Part shown: positions 14,348 to 28,873 of the stretch, piece after piece | How positions within the stretch are numbered: the first letter of the stretch is position 1 | How the letters are laid out: every line of letters begins with the position of its first letter | Source of the DNA: the human T2T-CHM13v2.0 reference genome, Homo sapiens | DNA: 64,000 nt | Direction: 5' to 3' (one strand) | Assembly: GCF_009914755.1 (NCBI RefSeq) | Contig: NC_060925.1 | Program-made: the position numbers and the translations under genes | The notes under the pieces: model-generated | The model's database searches: none | What the model saw: the letters and a program-made list of their open reading frames with translations, nothing else | Told to the model about the DNA's origin: nothing

Positions 14348-14847
14348 CAGCTCACCCTCCGACAACAGCAGGGCTAGGGGTGCCAACCCTCCGTGCAGCC
14401 AAAAATCCCCATATAACTTGTGACTCCCCCAAAGCTTAACTAACAATTAGCCTACTGTTGACTGGAAGCTTCACTGATAATATAAACAGTAGGTTAACAT
14501 CTATTTTGTAGGTTATATGTATGAGTTTACTGGATTCTTACAATAAAGTAAGCTAGAGAATGGAAAATGTTATTAAGAAAATTGTAAGGAAGAGAACATA
14601 CATTCCCTGTTCATTAAGTGGAAGTGGATCATCATCAAGATCTTCATCATAGTCTTCGAGTTGAGTAGCTGGGAAGGAGGAGGAAGAGGAGGGGTTGGTC
14701 TTGCTGTCTCAGAGGTGGCAGAGGCAAAAGAAGTGGAGGAGGTGGAAGGGAAGGCAGAGAGGCGAGCACACTCAGTGTTACTTTTACTGAAAAAATCCAT
14801 GTATAAGTGGACTTTTGCAGTTCAAACCACAGTTCAAGGGTCAACTG
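14348..14847. mobile_element. Tigger2-derived MITE (Tigger2a/2b-like)
   Basis: TA-CAGCTCACCCT...TTCAAGGGTCAACTG-TA TIRs; AAGTGGAAGTGGATCATCATC core. Confidence 0.85.
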
Positions 14848-17552
14848 TATTATTAGGCCCCCACTTTCATGGAGAATGAAAACTGGAGAGCATCAAACCT
14901 TTGTGGGATAAAGACATAGGACCTTCAGTGACTGCTCCACACAGAGCTGTTCATGACTAATGCCTTCCGAGGAGGGATGGGGAGAGTCCAGGCTGGGCAG
15001 GTGCCACTCTCGGCAGGGCTGGAGAGTGGGGGGCGCACACTGTTCTGTCTGTCCAGCCCCCTTGCCTCCCCCCACACAGCGTTGTCATGGTACCCTCCCT
15101 TCCTGGGAGAACTGCTCTCCTTGCGTCCATGTGTTTCTGGTGGGGCTGCCCATCACAGACTCCTACGCTTGCCCCTAGCCTGGGTGATCCACACCCTCCA
15201 TGTGACACAATGAGGGACTGGCTTGAGGCCTGCTGTCTACCCCGTGTGCACAGTGAAAGCTTATTCCTTTGTCCTGGGGTTGTTACACTCAGGTGACATG
15301 TGTGCCCTTCTGCTACACAAGGAAGAGGCCCCCCTTTAGGAGGAGCTTGAGTCCCCCCACCTGCACCCAGGACTGAAGAAGGGTGAGAGATGGCCCTGAC
15401 CACACTCACTGAGCCCTTCCATCCCGCCTGCCCAAGGCTGCTTCACTTCTTTCTCAGTTAAGTGAGGTCATAAAGTCTCCCTTTTTTTCAAGCTAGTCTG
15501 AGGGGTTTAAGTTTTTCCTTGCAACAGGAAGCATCCTGATTAATAGGGAAGGCTTGTCGCAGCGTCACTCTTAGACCTCGGCCACCACAGGCTTCGGGGC
15601 CCACATTTTAAGGGTCCTGCCCGGGCTCCTGTCTGGCTGCTCCCCTCCCTAGGGGCTGAGGAGGCTGGGAGTCAAGGGACCTAGAGCATCTCCCCTTCTG
15701 GGCCAGACTCCAGAATCTCCTGCTGCAAACCCAGATCTGCTTCCAGGGCCGCACAGCCCTCTCCCTGGGCCTGTCTTCCAAAGGACAGAACATGCTGCAG
15801 GCGTGTGGACTCCTAGGCTTGAACCAGGTCAGACTGGGAGGGAAGGGAGGGAGTCTTCCATCTGCACTCTTTCTTGGGCTCACAAATATTGGGAGGGAGC
15901 TTCCATTCGATGCATTTAAACCTCCAAACAACCCATGAGGTCATGAATAGGACACCTTTTTGTAAATCAGCCAACAGAGGAGTCAAGCACCTGGGAGAGA
16001 ACCTAGTTCAGCCAGAGATGAGACTCTCAAGAACTGGTGACATTCTCTTGAATTTTGTGTCTAACAAAATTGATTAATAATAGGGAACATATCCCAATGC
16101 CTGCAAGAAAGACACAGCCACAGCTGGCAGAAGTCATGGGCACAGGCAGCAAGGATATTCACAGGCAAGAAGCCTCTCCCGTCAACTCTCAGAGCCAGCA
16201 TGAGCCAGAGGGGCAGGGGTCAAGGTTTGCTCACAGACATCAATGACACATGGAGCTCTGAGTTCTCCAGGGACCTTCCAACTGGCTGTCTGACTGTCTC
16301 CACATCTCCCTTGCCAGCCTGTCTGTCTATACTAAGCCTTTAATACTTTATGTTTCCCCTTTCCCTTGCCATGGAACAAAATGACCAATGAACCACTTTG
16401 TATGCATGTTTTGGAACAATTCCCCCACACCCCTTCTACCAGACAGAGCTTTATCATACAGCACAGCATCTACTCCAGTGAATTCAAGCCCAGTGAGATT
16501 TCTCCAGGGACAGTAATTGGTCAACAGAATTCACAGGAGAGCTGAAGAAGCAAACCCTAGGCCAGTTTTCCAAGAATGACAAGGAGCCGTTCCCGCTACA
16601 GCCAGTAAGCTCTTGATGGCACAGAGAAGCCACTGTTAAGGTGGCTGGCTGTAGAGCAATGAGGCTCATGCTTGAGCCACAGTAGCAAAACCAGGGCCCA
16701 CACTCTGCCTCTCTCCCTGTTTGACTCTGCTCAGAATGCAAGTCCCTCATAAGTCATCAAATTCATGTTCTTAAGTCACCTCTGGATCTTTGGTTGTAAA
16801 GGAGTCTGAGAGATGCTAGCCTTCACACCCTAGAAGAGAGGGCCAGCCTGCTAGGTACCACCCTCCCCTGATACCCGCTCAGAACACTGAGAGCATTGCA
16901 TCCGCCACAGAAAGAAGGTGGCCTCGGCACAGGTGTCGGAAGTGCCTCCAGGTTGGAAACCCCCAGCCTTCACTGGGGCATTGACAGCCGTGGGACCTTG
17001 CACGAGACAGCAAGGACAAGCTGTCCCCTTAGTGCAAGCTGACAGCACCCAAGCAGACGGGAGTGAGGAGGGGGCTGGCAGGTGCCCGGGAACCTCGGGG
17101 ACCCATCCTCCAGGCTGTCTGAGCTTCCCTGGGGCATCCCAGACTTCCTTTGGAGAGCTGAGTTCCAACAGAGAGAAGAAGACAGAGCCAGAGGAACCAT
17201 CACTGAGTACTACGACAAGGCTCTAGTCCACCCTTGATCCTGTGTGGCCTGAGAGGCACAGGGTCCGTGGGCCACTGTCCTGTCTGAGGGCCTCATGGAG
17301 GCTGGCCCTGCCCCCTGCCTCTAAGGGCACTTCCTGCCTCCCTGGACTCTCCTTTCTTACCAAATCCATGCAGCATTAGAGCCCTCTCCCCAGAAAGTCA
17401 CTTTGTGACTTAGGATCACTGTCACAACAATTCAGCTTCAATAAGACACTTAAGGAGGTTTAAAAGAACCACATGATTTAAGTCCATTTGCTTCAGGGAC
17501 TTATATCTTGGGAGGCCAAGACAGCCAGCCATGCATGCAGCTCCCAGGGTGA

Positions 17553-17663
17553 GTTCTCCCTTCGTGCTCTCATATCAAACGGCAGGAACAAAAGGATCAT
17601 AAATCAATGTTTTCAGAGAGGGCCAAGGTCTTTGTGTCCAAGTAATCTCCAGTGCCAGCACAG
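17553..17663 (+). repeat. Left arm of 111-bp inverted repeat
   Basis: Reverse complement of 20133-20243 with a single mismatch at 17650. Confidence 0.97.
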
Positions 17664-18165
17664 TCTCAGCAGCACACAGGTTCCATGATGCAAACAGGAA
17701 TTCGAGAGATGAAACAAATTCCAGGAACCACCAAGCAACCACCCTCTTCTCCAGGTGGTTAATATTAATAAAACACTAGAATTCTTATGGGACGTATTTT
17801 TAGAAATATCAAAGGACCCGTTTTCCTGTATTTTGCACTTGCACTGCTAAACGCACTCACTTACCTGTACAAGGCCCACATGTCCCAAACCTGCAGCTCA
17901 GAGCTCAGGCAGAATCTCTCTGAGGCCTGAACTGCTCCTCTCACTCTCATGGGACCTTGAGAAGGGCTGAGACACCAGACTCAGGGCCATCCCTTCCACT
18001 CCTGTGCTGGAAAACACATTCGGGAAATGGTCAAATGAGTCCCAACAGTCCCAACTTTTACCTCACGTCAAATTCATTAGAGATTCTCTGAGGGCAAATA
18101 ACTGGGAAGAGAGGGAAGAGTGGGGTCTTGCAATCACACTGCTAATGATTTATCATGAAACTTGA

Positions 18166-18471
<306 letters not shown>

Positions 18472-19494
18472 TCATCAGTCTGGATCAAAAGAGGGTTTAA
18501 TAAATCAGCTTAAACCAGAGTCAATAGGCATAGGTAGAGGTCTAGATTTGTTTTTCATCTTTTAAACATAGAAAACATGTAAGGCTCAGAAAAGCTAAAG
18601 TTTATTCGAGGCCACACCCAAGACAGGTGGGCAGCATGCAGGTCTCTTGACTCCTCCGTGGCAGTTTGAGTCCCGAGCTATGGGTTGTGGAATGGGTCCA
18701 ACTGAAGTCCCTGCCAAGTGGGACAGGTGCACTGCCATTGTTCCCATGGTGACAGATGGAACAAACACAAAACACAGGAAAGTCAGCTTATCTGAACACA
18801 GGTGTGCCTGCTGCTTTCTGTGTCTTCTCCTTGGATGAGTCTCGACTGTTAAAATCCCTGGCATCCTGAACTCTGTTCAGGAATTTCATTATCAGTCACT
18901 AAGAGGAAATGGTCCTCCAAAGGTGGGTAGGGAGATGATTGAGGGAAGAGAGATGGCCCAGGTAGGGCAGAGAGGGGAGGGGAGGGAAAGACCCTGGGGA
19001 GGGGAACAGGTAACTCCCACATGCCCAGCCCACACACAGTGCAGATTCCAAAATGGCAGCAATTCATCCAACTCAAATAAGAGAGACCAGTATACTTCAG
19101 AGCATCAAGAACCAATTCTTTCTTCAGATAAGCTTTTCAGAATGAGCAATATTTGCCGGTGAGAAGACTATGAGAGCCAGATTTAACTGCTAGTACTTTT
19201 AGGTTTTTGCATAATAGATCAGTAGCCATTTGGGTCAGTACATTCAAGCGTTTCTCTTCTGAGATCTGTATCAGCTTTGCAGGACTACGAAAGTTATGTT
19301 CAATAGCTTTGTGCATTGGGGGCGGGTTCATTCAACAATTTGTATGAAGGTTCCAGGTAACATGGTAGATAATAGTTTCCTTAGGCATGTAGATGACAAA
19401 ATACTAGGAAAAGGACAACCCAGGAAAGTGAAGGATTAAATTGAAATTCATCTGTAATATGCTAGAGAAGCAGAAACCATTAAGAAAGAAATTT

Positions 19495-19787
19495 GACTGG
19501 GTGCAGTGGCTCCCAACACTTTGGGAGGTCAAGATGGGAAGATCACTGGAGGCCAGGAGTTCAAGACCAACCTGAGCAATATAAGGCGACCCCATCTCTA
19601 CAAAAATTTTTTTAAATTTTAAAAATTAGCCAGGTATTGTGGCACACACCTGTGGTCCCAGTGACTCAGGATGCTGAGGCAGGAGGATCCCTTGAGCCTG
19701 GGAGGTCAAGGCTGCAGCGAGCTCTGATTGCACCACTGCACTCCAGCCTGGGTGGCAGAGTGAGACCCTGCCTCAAAAAAAAAAAAA
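19495..19787 (+). mobile_element. AluJ
   Basis: GGAGGTCAAGGCTGCAG and GAGACCCTG J diagnostics. Confidence 0.88.
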
Positions 19788-20132
19788 TAGAATGAAATTT
19801 GATAGAGACAAGAACAGGATATTATGCTTGGAGACAGAAAACAAACTGTAAGACACGAATAAGGAAATCTCAGTTGCACTTTCAGACACTGCAGCAAGCT
19901 CAGCCCAGGCCATATCTGGGCCTGGTAACAAGTCTCTTATTTAAGGGGCCAGACATCTTTAGGGCAGGTTTGCACAGCACATTTCCCATGCCTGACTTCA
20001 TGCAGACCCCCCAATGTCCAGTGCAGAAGAGGAGGTGTCAGTACCCTCTCCATCCAGGGGTCAGAGAGTGTAAATGACCCACATGGACCACAAGGCTGCC
20101 GGGACTCAGCCCAAGGCCCAGGGCAGGGCACT

Positions 20133-20243
20133 CTGTGCTGGCACTCGAGATTACTTGGACACAAAGACCTTGGCCCTCTCTGAAAACATTGATTTATGAT
20201 CCTTTTGTTCCTGCCGTTTGATATGAGAGCACGAAGGGAGAAC
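20133..20243 (-). repeat. Right arm of 111-bp inverted repeat
   Basis: Reverse complement of 17553-17663; the same peptide FSLRALISNGRNKRIINQCFQRGPRSLCPSNL appears in ORFs on opposite strands. Confidence 0.97.
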
Positions 20244-20593
20244 CCACTGAGCTGGGCAGCTATCCCTTCAGAGCTATAAAGGGGTGACCCCATGGAGGGG
20301 TGTTCACCATATCAATTCAGCTGACATTTGCACAAACACACACCCAGAGTTTAAATGAGAAAGGTCTTATGACTTCAAAGTGAACTCCATCCTTGAGGCC
20401 CTCTAATGGCTTGGTCACACTAATCCACTGTCCTTTCAAACAATCAGGAAATAGCTTTAAAGTTCTGGGGGAGTATGCTTCCAGGAGAGGAAGAAGGGAG
20501 TGCTGGTCAGTGAAGGGGGCTTCAGTGGGCTACAAGACAGACCCCACACTGGGAGCAACAAGTGGGGGTGGTGGAAAGGACATGGATAATTCA

Positions 20594-21333
<740 letters not shown>

Positions 21334-21402
21334 TTTGGTGCCGTTTTTTGTTGCTCACACAAAGCCTGTTTGGTGTCTCTTCACACAGATGCACATGAAA
21401 TT

Positions 21403-21420
21403 TGGTGCTGTGACTCGGAT
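21403..21420 (+). other. Primer binding site for tRNA-His
   Basis: TGGTGCTGTGACTCGGAT vs consensus TGGTGCCGTGACTCGGAT; major splice donor CAG|GTAAGC near 21546. Confidence 0.9.
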
Positions 21421-21997
21421 CGGGGGACCTCCCTTGGGAGATCAGTCCCCTGTACTCCTGTTCTTTGCTCCGTGAGAAAGATCCACTTATGACCTCAGGT
21501 CCTCAGACCAACCAGCCCAAGGAACATCTCACATATTTTAAATCAGGTAAGCGGCCTCTTCTTACTCTCTTCTCCAACCTCTCTCACTGTCCCTCAACCA
21601 CTTTCTCCTTTCCACTCTTCAATCTCTCCCTTCTCTTAATTTCAATTCCTTTCATTTTCTGGGAGAGACAAAGGAGACGCGTTTTATCTGTGGACCCAAA
21701 ACTCCGGCACTGGTCACAGACTGGGAAGGCAGCCTTCCCTTGGTGTTTAATCATTGCAGGGACGCCTCTCTGATTATACACCCACGTTTCAAGGGTGTCA
21801 AACCACGCAGGGACGCCTGCCTTGGTCCTTCACCCTTAGCGGCAAGTCCCGCTTTTCTGGGGAAGGGGCAAGTACCTCAACCCCTTCTCTCCATGTCTCT
21901 ACCCCTTCTCTGCTTTTCTGGGAGAGGGGCAAGTACCCCTCAACCCCTTCTCCTTCACACTTAGCAGCAAGTCCCGCTTTTCTATGGGGCAAGAACC

Positions 21998-22212
21998 CCT
22001 AATCCCTTATTTCCATGCCGCAACCTCTTATCTCTGCGCCCCAATCCCTTATTTCCGTGCCCCAACCTCTTATCTCTGCGCCCCAATCCCTTATTTCTGC
22101 ACCCCGACCTCTTATCTCTGTGCCCCAATCCCTTATTTCCGCGCCCCAACCTCTTATATCTCTGCACCCCAATCCCTTATTTCCACACCCCGACCTCTTA
22201 TCTCTGCGACCC
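21998..22212 (+). repeat. 42-bp minisatellite x5 in the HERV-H leader
   Basis: Unit CCAATCCCTTATTTCCGTGCCCCAACCTCTTATCTCTGCGCC. Confidence 0.9.
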
Positions 22213-22379
22213 AACCCATTTTCCCACTTTTCTGGAAGGTAAGAACCCCCGAACCCCTTCCCTCCATTTCTCTACTCTCTCTTTTCTCTAGGCTTGCTTC
22301 CTTCACTATAGGCAACCTTCCACCCTCCATTCCTCCTTCTACTCCCTTGGCCTGTGTTCTCAAAAACTTAAAACTTCTT

Positions 22380-23420
22380 CAACTCACGCCTGACCTAAAA
22401 CCTAAATGCCTTATTTTCTTCTGCAATGCTGCTTGACCCCAATACAAACTCGATAGTAGTTCCAAATAGCCAGAAAATGGCACTTGGAATTTTTCCATCC
22501 TGCAAGATCTAAATAATTCTTGTCGTAAAATAGGCAAATGTTCTGAGGTGCCTGACATCCAGGCATTCTTTTACACATCAGTCCCTTCCTAGTCTCTGTG
22601 CCCAGTGCAACTCCTCCCAAATCTTCCTTCTTTCCCTCCCGCCTGTCCCCTCAGTCCCAACCCCAAGCGTCACTGAGTCTTTCAAATCTTCCTTTTCTAC
22701 AGACCCATCCGACCTCTCCCCTCCTCACCAGGCCGAGCTAGGTCCCAATTCTTCCTCAGGCTCCGCTCCTCCACCCTATAATCCTTTTATCACCTCCCCT
22801 CCTCACACCCGGTCTGGCTTACAGTTTCATTCTGTGACTAGCCCTCCCCCACCTGCCCAGCAATTTATTCTTAAAAAGGTGGCTGGAGCTGAAGGCATAG
22901 TCAAGGTTAATGCTCCTTTTTCTTTATCCCAAATCAGATAGCGTTTAGGCTCTTTTTCATCAAATATAAAAATCCAGCCCAGTTCATGGCTCGTTTGGCA
23001 GCAACCCTGAGACACTTTACAGCCCTGGACCCTAAAATGTCAAAAGCCATCTTATTCTCAATATACATTTTATTACCCAATCTGCTCCCAACATTAAATA
23101 AAACTCCAAAAATTAAATTCCAGCCCTCAAACCCCACAACAGGATTTAATTAATCTCGCCTTCAAGGTGTACAATAATAGAAAAAAGTTTCAATTCCTTG
23201 CCTCCTCTGTGAGACAAATCCCAGCCACATCTCCAGCACACAAGAACTTCCAAACGCCTGAACCGCAGCTGCCAGGCATTCCTCCAGAACCTCCTCCCAC
23301 AGGAGCTTGCTACAAGTGCCAGAAATCTGACCCCCAGGCCAAGGAATGCCTGCAGCCCAGGATTCCTCCTAAGCCGCGTCCCATCTGTGTGGGACCCCAC
23401 TGAAAATCGGACTGTCCAAC
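22380..23420 (+). pseudogene. gag: HERV-H gag remnant
   Basis: LKPKCLIFFCNAA (matrix-like) and a degenerate zinc knuckle GACYKCQKSDPQAKEC; many stops. Confidence 0.8.
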
Positions 23421-23574
23421 TCACGTGGCAGCCACTCCCAGAGCCCCTGGAATTCTGGCCCAAGGCTCTCTGACTGACTCCTTCCCAGATCTTCTCGGCT
23501 TAGTTGCTGAAGACTGACACTGCCCAATCGCCTCGGAAGCCCCCTAGACCATCAAGGATGCCTAGCTTCCGGTA

Positions 23575-23830
23575 ACTCTCACAGTGGAAGGTAAGCCCGT
23601 CCCCTTCTTAATCAATACGGAGGCTACCCACTCCACATTACCTTCTTTTCAAGGGCCTGTTTCCCTTGCCTCCATAACTGTTGTGGGTATTGACGGCCAG
23701 GCTTCTAAACCTCTTAAAACTCCTCAACTCTGGTGCCAACTTAGACAATACTCTTTTAAGCACTCCTTTTTAGTTATCCTCACCTGCCCAGTTCCCTTAT
23801 TAGGCTGAGACACTTTAACTAAATTATCTG
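23575..23830 (+). pseudogene. pro: HERV-H protease remnant
   Basis: VPFLINTEATHSTLP (DTGA active site changed to NTEA), CPVPLLG*D. Confidence 0.85.
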
Positions 23831-23959
23831 CTTCCCTGACTCTTCCTGGACTACAGCTATATCTCATTGCTGCCCTTCTTCCCAATCCAAAGCCTCCTTT
23901 GCGTCCTCCTCTTGTATCCCCCCACCTTAACCCACAAGTATAAGATACTTCTACTCCCT

Positions 23960-25780
23960 CCTTGGCGACCGATCATGCACCCCTTACCATCTCATTAAAA
24001 CCTAATCACCCTTACCCCACTCAACGCCAATATCCCATCCCGCAGCACGCTTTAAAAAGATTAAAGCCTGTTATCACTCGCCTGCTACAGCATGGCCTTT
24101 TAAAGCCTATAAACTCTCCTTACAATTCCCCCATTTTACTTGTCCTAAAACCAGACAAGCCTTACAAGCTAGTTCAGGATCTGCACCTTATCAACCAAAT
24201 TGTTTTGCCTATCCCACCTTTGGCACCCTGTGGTGCCAAACCCATATACTCTCCTATCCTCAATACCTGCCTCTATAATCCATTATTCTGTTCTAGATCT
24301 CAAACATGCTTTCTTTACTATTCCTTTGCACCCTTAATCCCAGCCTCTCCTCACTTTCACTTGGACTGACCCTGACACCCATCAAGCTCAGCAAATTACC
24401 TAGGCTATACTGCTGCAAAGCTTCACAGACAGCCCCCATTACTTCAATCAAGCCCAAATTTCTTCCTCATCTGTTACCTATCTCGGCATAATTCTCATAA
24501 AAACACACGTGCTCTCCCTGCCAATCGTGTCCAACTGATCTCTCAAACCCCAGCACCTTCTACAAAACAACTCCTTTCCTTCCTAGGCATGGTTAGCGTG
24601 GTCAGAATTCTTACACAAGAGCCAGGACCACACCCTGTAGCCTTTCTGTCCAAACAACTTGACCTTACTGTTTTAGCCTAGCCCTCATGTCTGCGTGCAG
24701 TGGCTGCCGCTGCATTAATACTTTTAGAGGCCCTCAAAATCACAAACTATGCTCAACTCACTCTGTACAGTTCTCATAACTTCCAAAATCTATTTTCTTC
24801 CTCATACCTGACGCATATACTTTCTGCTTCCCGGCTCCTTCAGCTGTACTCACTCTTTGTTGAGTCTCCCACAATTACCGATGTTCCTGGCCCAGACTTC
24901 AATCCGGCCTCCCACATTATTCCTGATACCACACCTGACCCCCATGACTGTATCTCTCTGATCCACCTGACATTCACCCCATTTCCCCAGATTTCCTTCT
25001 TTCCTGTTCCTCACCGTGATCACGCTTGATTTATTGATGGCGGTTCCACCAGGCCTAATCGCCACACACCAGCAAAGGCAGGTTATGCTATAGTACAAGC
25101 CACTAGCCCGCCTCTTAGAACCTCTCATTTCCTTTCCATCGTGGAAATCTATCCTCAAGGAAATAACTTCTCAGTGTTCCATCTGCTATTCTACTACTCC
25201 TCAGGGATTCTTCAGGCCCCCTCCCTTCCCTACACATCAAGCTCGAGGATTTGCCCCACCCAGGACTGGCAAATTAGCTTTACTCAACATGCCCCAAGTA
25301 AGATAACTAAAATACCTCTTAGTCTGGGTAGATACTTTCACTGGATAGGTAGAGGCCTTTCCTACAGGGTCTGAGAAGGCCACTCCAGTCATTTCTTCCC
25401 TTCTGTCAGACATAATTCCTCAGTTTAGCCTTCCCACCTCAATACAGTCTGATAACAGACGAGCCTTTATTAGTCAAATCAGCCAAGCAGTATTTCAGGC
25501 TCTTAGTATTCAGTGAAACCTTTATATCCCTTACGGTCCTCCGTCTTCAAGAAAAGTAGAATAGACTAAAGGTCTTTTAAAAACACACCTCACCAAGCTC
25601 AGCCACCAACTTAAAAAGGACTGGACAATACTTTTACCACTTTCCCTTCTCAGAATTCAGGCCTGTCCTCGGAATGCTACGGGGTACAGCCCATTTGAGC
25701 TCCTGTATAGACGCTCCTTTTTATTAGGCCCCAGTCTCATTCCAGACACCAGACCAACTTGGACGGTGCTCCAAAAAAAT
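23960..25780 (+). pseudogene. pol: HERV-H pol remnant (RT, RNase H, integrase; frameshifted and deleted)
   Basis: QRQYPIP...[28 protein letters not shown] (RT); QSDN and YSPFELLY-type integrase motifs near 25440-25710. Confidence 0.88.
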
Positions 25781-26346
25781 TGTCATCCCTACTATCTTCT
25801 GTCTAGTCATACTCCTAGTCACCGTTCTCAACTACTCATACGTGCCCTGCTCTTGTTTACACTGCCGGTTTACACTGTTTTTCCAAGCCGTCACAGCTGA
25901 TATCTCCTGGTGCTATCCCCAAACTGCCACTCTTAACTCTTGAAGTAAATAAATAATCTTTGCTGGCAGGACTATGCTGAATCTCCTTAGGCACTCTCTA
26001 ATCAGATATCCTGAGTCGTCCCAATTCTTAGACCTTTTATACCTGTTTTTCTCCTTCTCTTATTCCAGTTTCTCAATTCATCCAAAACCGTATCCAGGCC
26101 ATCGCCAATCATTCTATACGACAAACATTTCTTCTAACATCCCCACAATATCACCCCTTACCACAAGACCTCCCTTCAGCTTAATCTCTCCCACTCTAGG
26201 TTCCCACGCCGCCCCTAATCCCACTTGAAGCAGCCCTGAGAAACATCGCCCACTCTCTCTCCATACCACCCCCCAAAAATTTTCGCCGCCCCAACACTTC
26301 AACACTATTTTGTTTTATTTTTCTTATTAATATAAGAAGGCAGGAA

Positions 26347-26798
26347 TGTCAGGCCTCTGAGCCCAAGCCAAGCCATCGCATCCCCTGTGACTTGCACGTA
26401 TACGCCCAGATGGCCTGAAGTAACTGAAGAATCACAAAAGAAGTGAAAATGCCCTGCCCCACCTTAACTGATGACATTCCACCACAAAAGAAGTGTAAAT
26501 GGCCGGTCCTTGCCTTAAGTCATGACGTTACCTTGTGAAAGTCCTTTTCCTGGCTCATCCTGGCTCAAAAACCACCCCCACTGAGCACCTTGCGACCCCC
26601 ACTCCTGCCTGCCAGAGAACAAACCCCCTTTGACTGTAATTTTCCATTACCTTCCCAAATCCTATAAAACGGCCCACCCTTATCTCCCTTCACTGACTCT
26701 CTTTTCGGACTCAGCCCGCCTGCGCCCAGGTGAAATAAACAGCCATGTTGCTCACACAAAGCCTGTTTGGTGGTCTCTTCACACGGACGCGCATGAAA
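26347..26798 (+). mobile_element. 3' LTR7
   Basis: About 12 substitutions and 3 small indels vs the 5' LTR by manual comparison. Confidence 0.95.
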
Positions 26799-26838
26799 AA
26801 GAGCAAAACTCCGTCTCAAAAAAAAAAAAGAAAGAAAA
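26799..26838 (+). mobile_element. 3' end and poly-A of the split AluSq/Sp
   Basis: AAGAGCAAAACTCCGTCTC-polyA continues the Alu from 20876. Confidence 0.92.
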
Positions 26839-26971
26839 CCAACTTCCAGATTTGTCCATTGTACCCCACACAAGCCAGACTAAAGAGCAGCCACAGTCCC
26901 TTCTCCCTTCTCAGCCGGTGACACTGACCAGAGACAGAGGGGACTGCCAAGAGGCCACTGCTGGTCAGAAA

Positions 26972-27080
26972 TGCTCACACTCACTCACGTGTTCTCACAC
27001 ACTCTCACACAATTCACACTCACTCATACACACTCAGATACACTCACACACTCACACACACTCACACTCTCATACTCACA
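26972..27080. repeat. CA/CACT-rich low-complexity tract
   Basis: Degenerate (CACT/CACA)n. Confidence 0.8.
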
Positions 27081-27488
27081 TTTTTTCACAATCTCTCCAA
27101 TTCTTTTTTATTGAAGAATGTGTTATTTATTGAAAATATGTATAACTTTAACAAATTACAGTAACTCCATTATCCCGACAACGATTTTTATTTTTATAGG
27201 CCTTCAGTCCTTGTACACATTAAACAGACCACTCACAGGGTCCCACACTGCAGTGAGCAGCAGCTCACTGCAATTCCTTAGGCCACCCTGTACAATGCCA
27301 CCCCAAGAGCGGCTCCAAATTTTAAGTCCAGAAGACAAACACAGAAACCCAACAAGATATATATTTACAAATACAGTGTAGAGAACAGCAAAATATTTCA
27401 ATAGTTTTGTCTAAAATGCTTTCTTTCATGTATCATGTAGAGGCTATAGAGAGGGGAACAGTCTCTGGATCACAGAAAGGGGAACTTA

Positions 27489-27942
<454 letters not shown>

Positions 27943-27978
27943 TCATCAATGTTGGCACCATGCTGCTGGTTTGGGGGA

Positions 27979-27980
<2 letters not shown>

Positions 27981-28034
<54 letters not shown>
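27981..28034. repeat. (TG)~27 microsatellite
   Basis: Perfect TG run. Confidence 0.97.
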
Positions 28035-28037
<3 letters not shown>

Positions 28038-28430
28038 AATCATCCTTATTACAGTTGAACATGCTGCTGTTTAAAATCACCAATGCAAACATTGCCATTT
28101 TTGGTAATCCTGCTGTTTTCATTTATGAGAAAACCTGCAGAAAGTACTCTGCCTACACCAAAGTGAAGTAGCAAAGAAACAGGTGACCACAGAATCATAA
28201 GGCCCTAAGACAGGCAGCAGAGCATACGGTTACCCCTAAGTGGGAAAAATGCCTGCCCTCAAACTATGCAACCTGTTGCCTCTTCCTAGGAACACTATTT
28301 TTTTCTCTTGCTGGTCTTCTGTTTGATAGATGCACTTCAAATTTACCTGTTAAATTAGGCCACGTTCTTTTGAGTTTTGTTTCCAATTCACACCAACAAG
28401 AATTCTTCCACTGATGTTTTTGAAAAGTTA

Positions 28431-28598
<168 letters not shown>

Positions 28599-28659
28599 CT
28601 ACAAATGTGAGGATGCAAACCAGTTGTTTAGTACTCAGCCCATCATATATTATTGGAGC

Positions 28660-28873
28660 CACTGACTTTTACTTAAAATATTTAATTCTCAAAATTTAAA
28701 ATTCAAATTTCATAAAATCTCCAGAGTCTTGATAAACTGGAAAATCAGGTGACACTGTCTATAAATCAGCCAGAGCAAATAACTCACTGTTTGTCCCCTT
28801 CAGACACCGTGTGTTTCCCTATTACAGCCAGCCCTTCCTGGGCCTCTGAAGGTATTTCAGTTTTTGACCCCCG
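28660..28873. mobile_element. MER102-like hAT fossil
   Basis: End GAAGGTATTTCAGTTTTTGACCCC resembles the MER102 terminus. Confidence 0.5.

Noticed and set aside
19137-19356. Possible exon inside the inverted-repeat spacer
   Set aside because: Weak splice signals and unrecognisable short peptides on both strands
21998-22212. CRISPR-like regular repeat
   Set aside because: No unique spacers or cas genes; it is a tandem repeat of the HERV-H leader in eukaryotic DNA
23584-25780. Functional retroviral pro/pol
   Set aside because: Protease DTG is mutated, with many stops, frameshifts and deletions; no intact env
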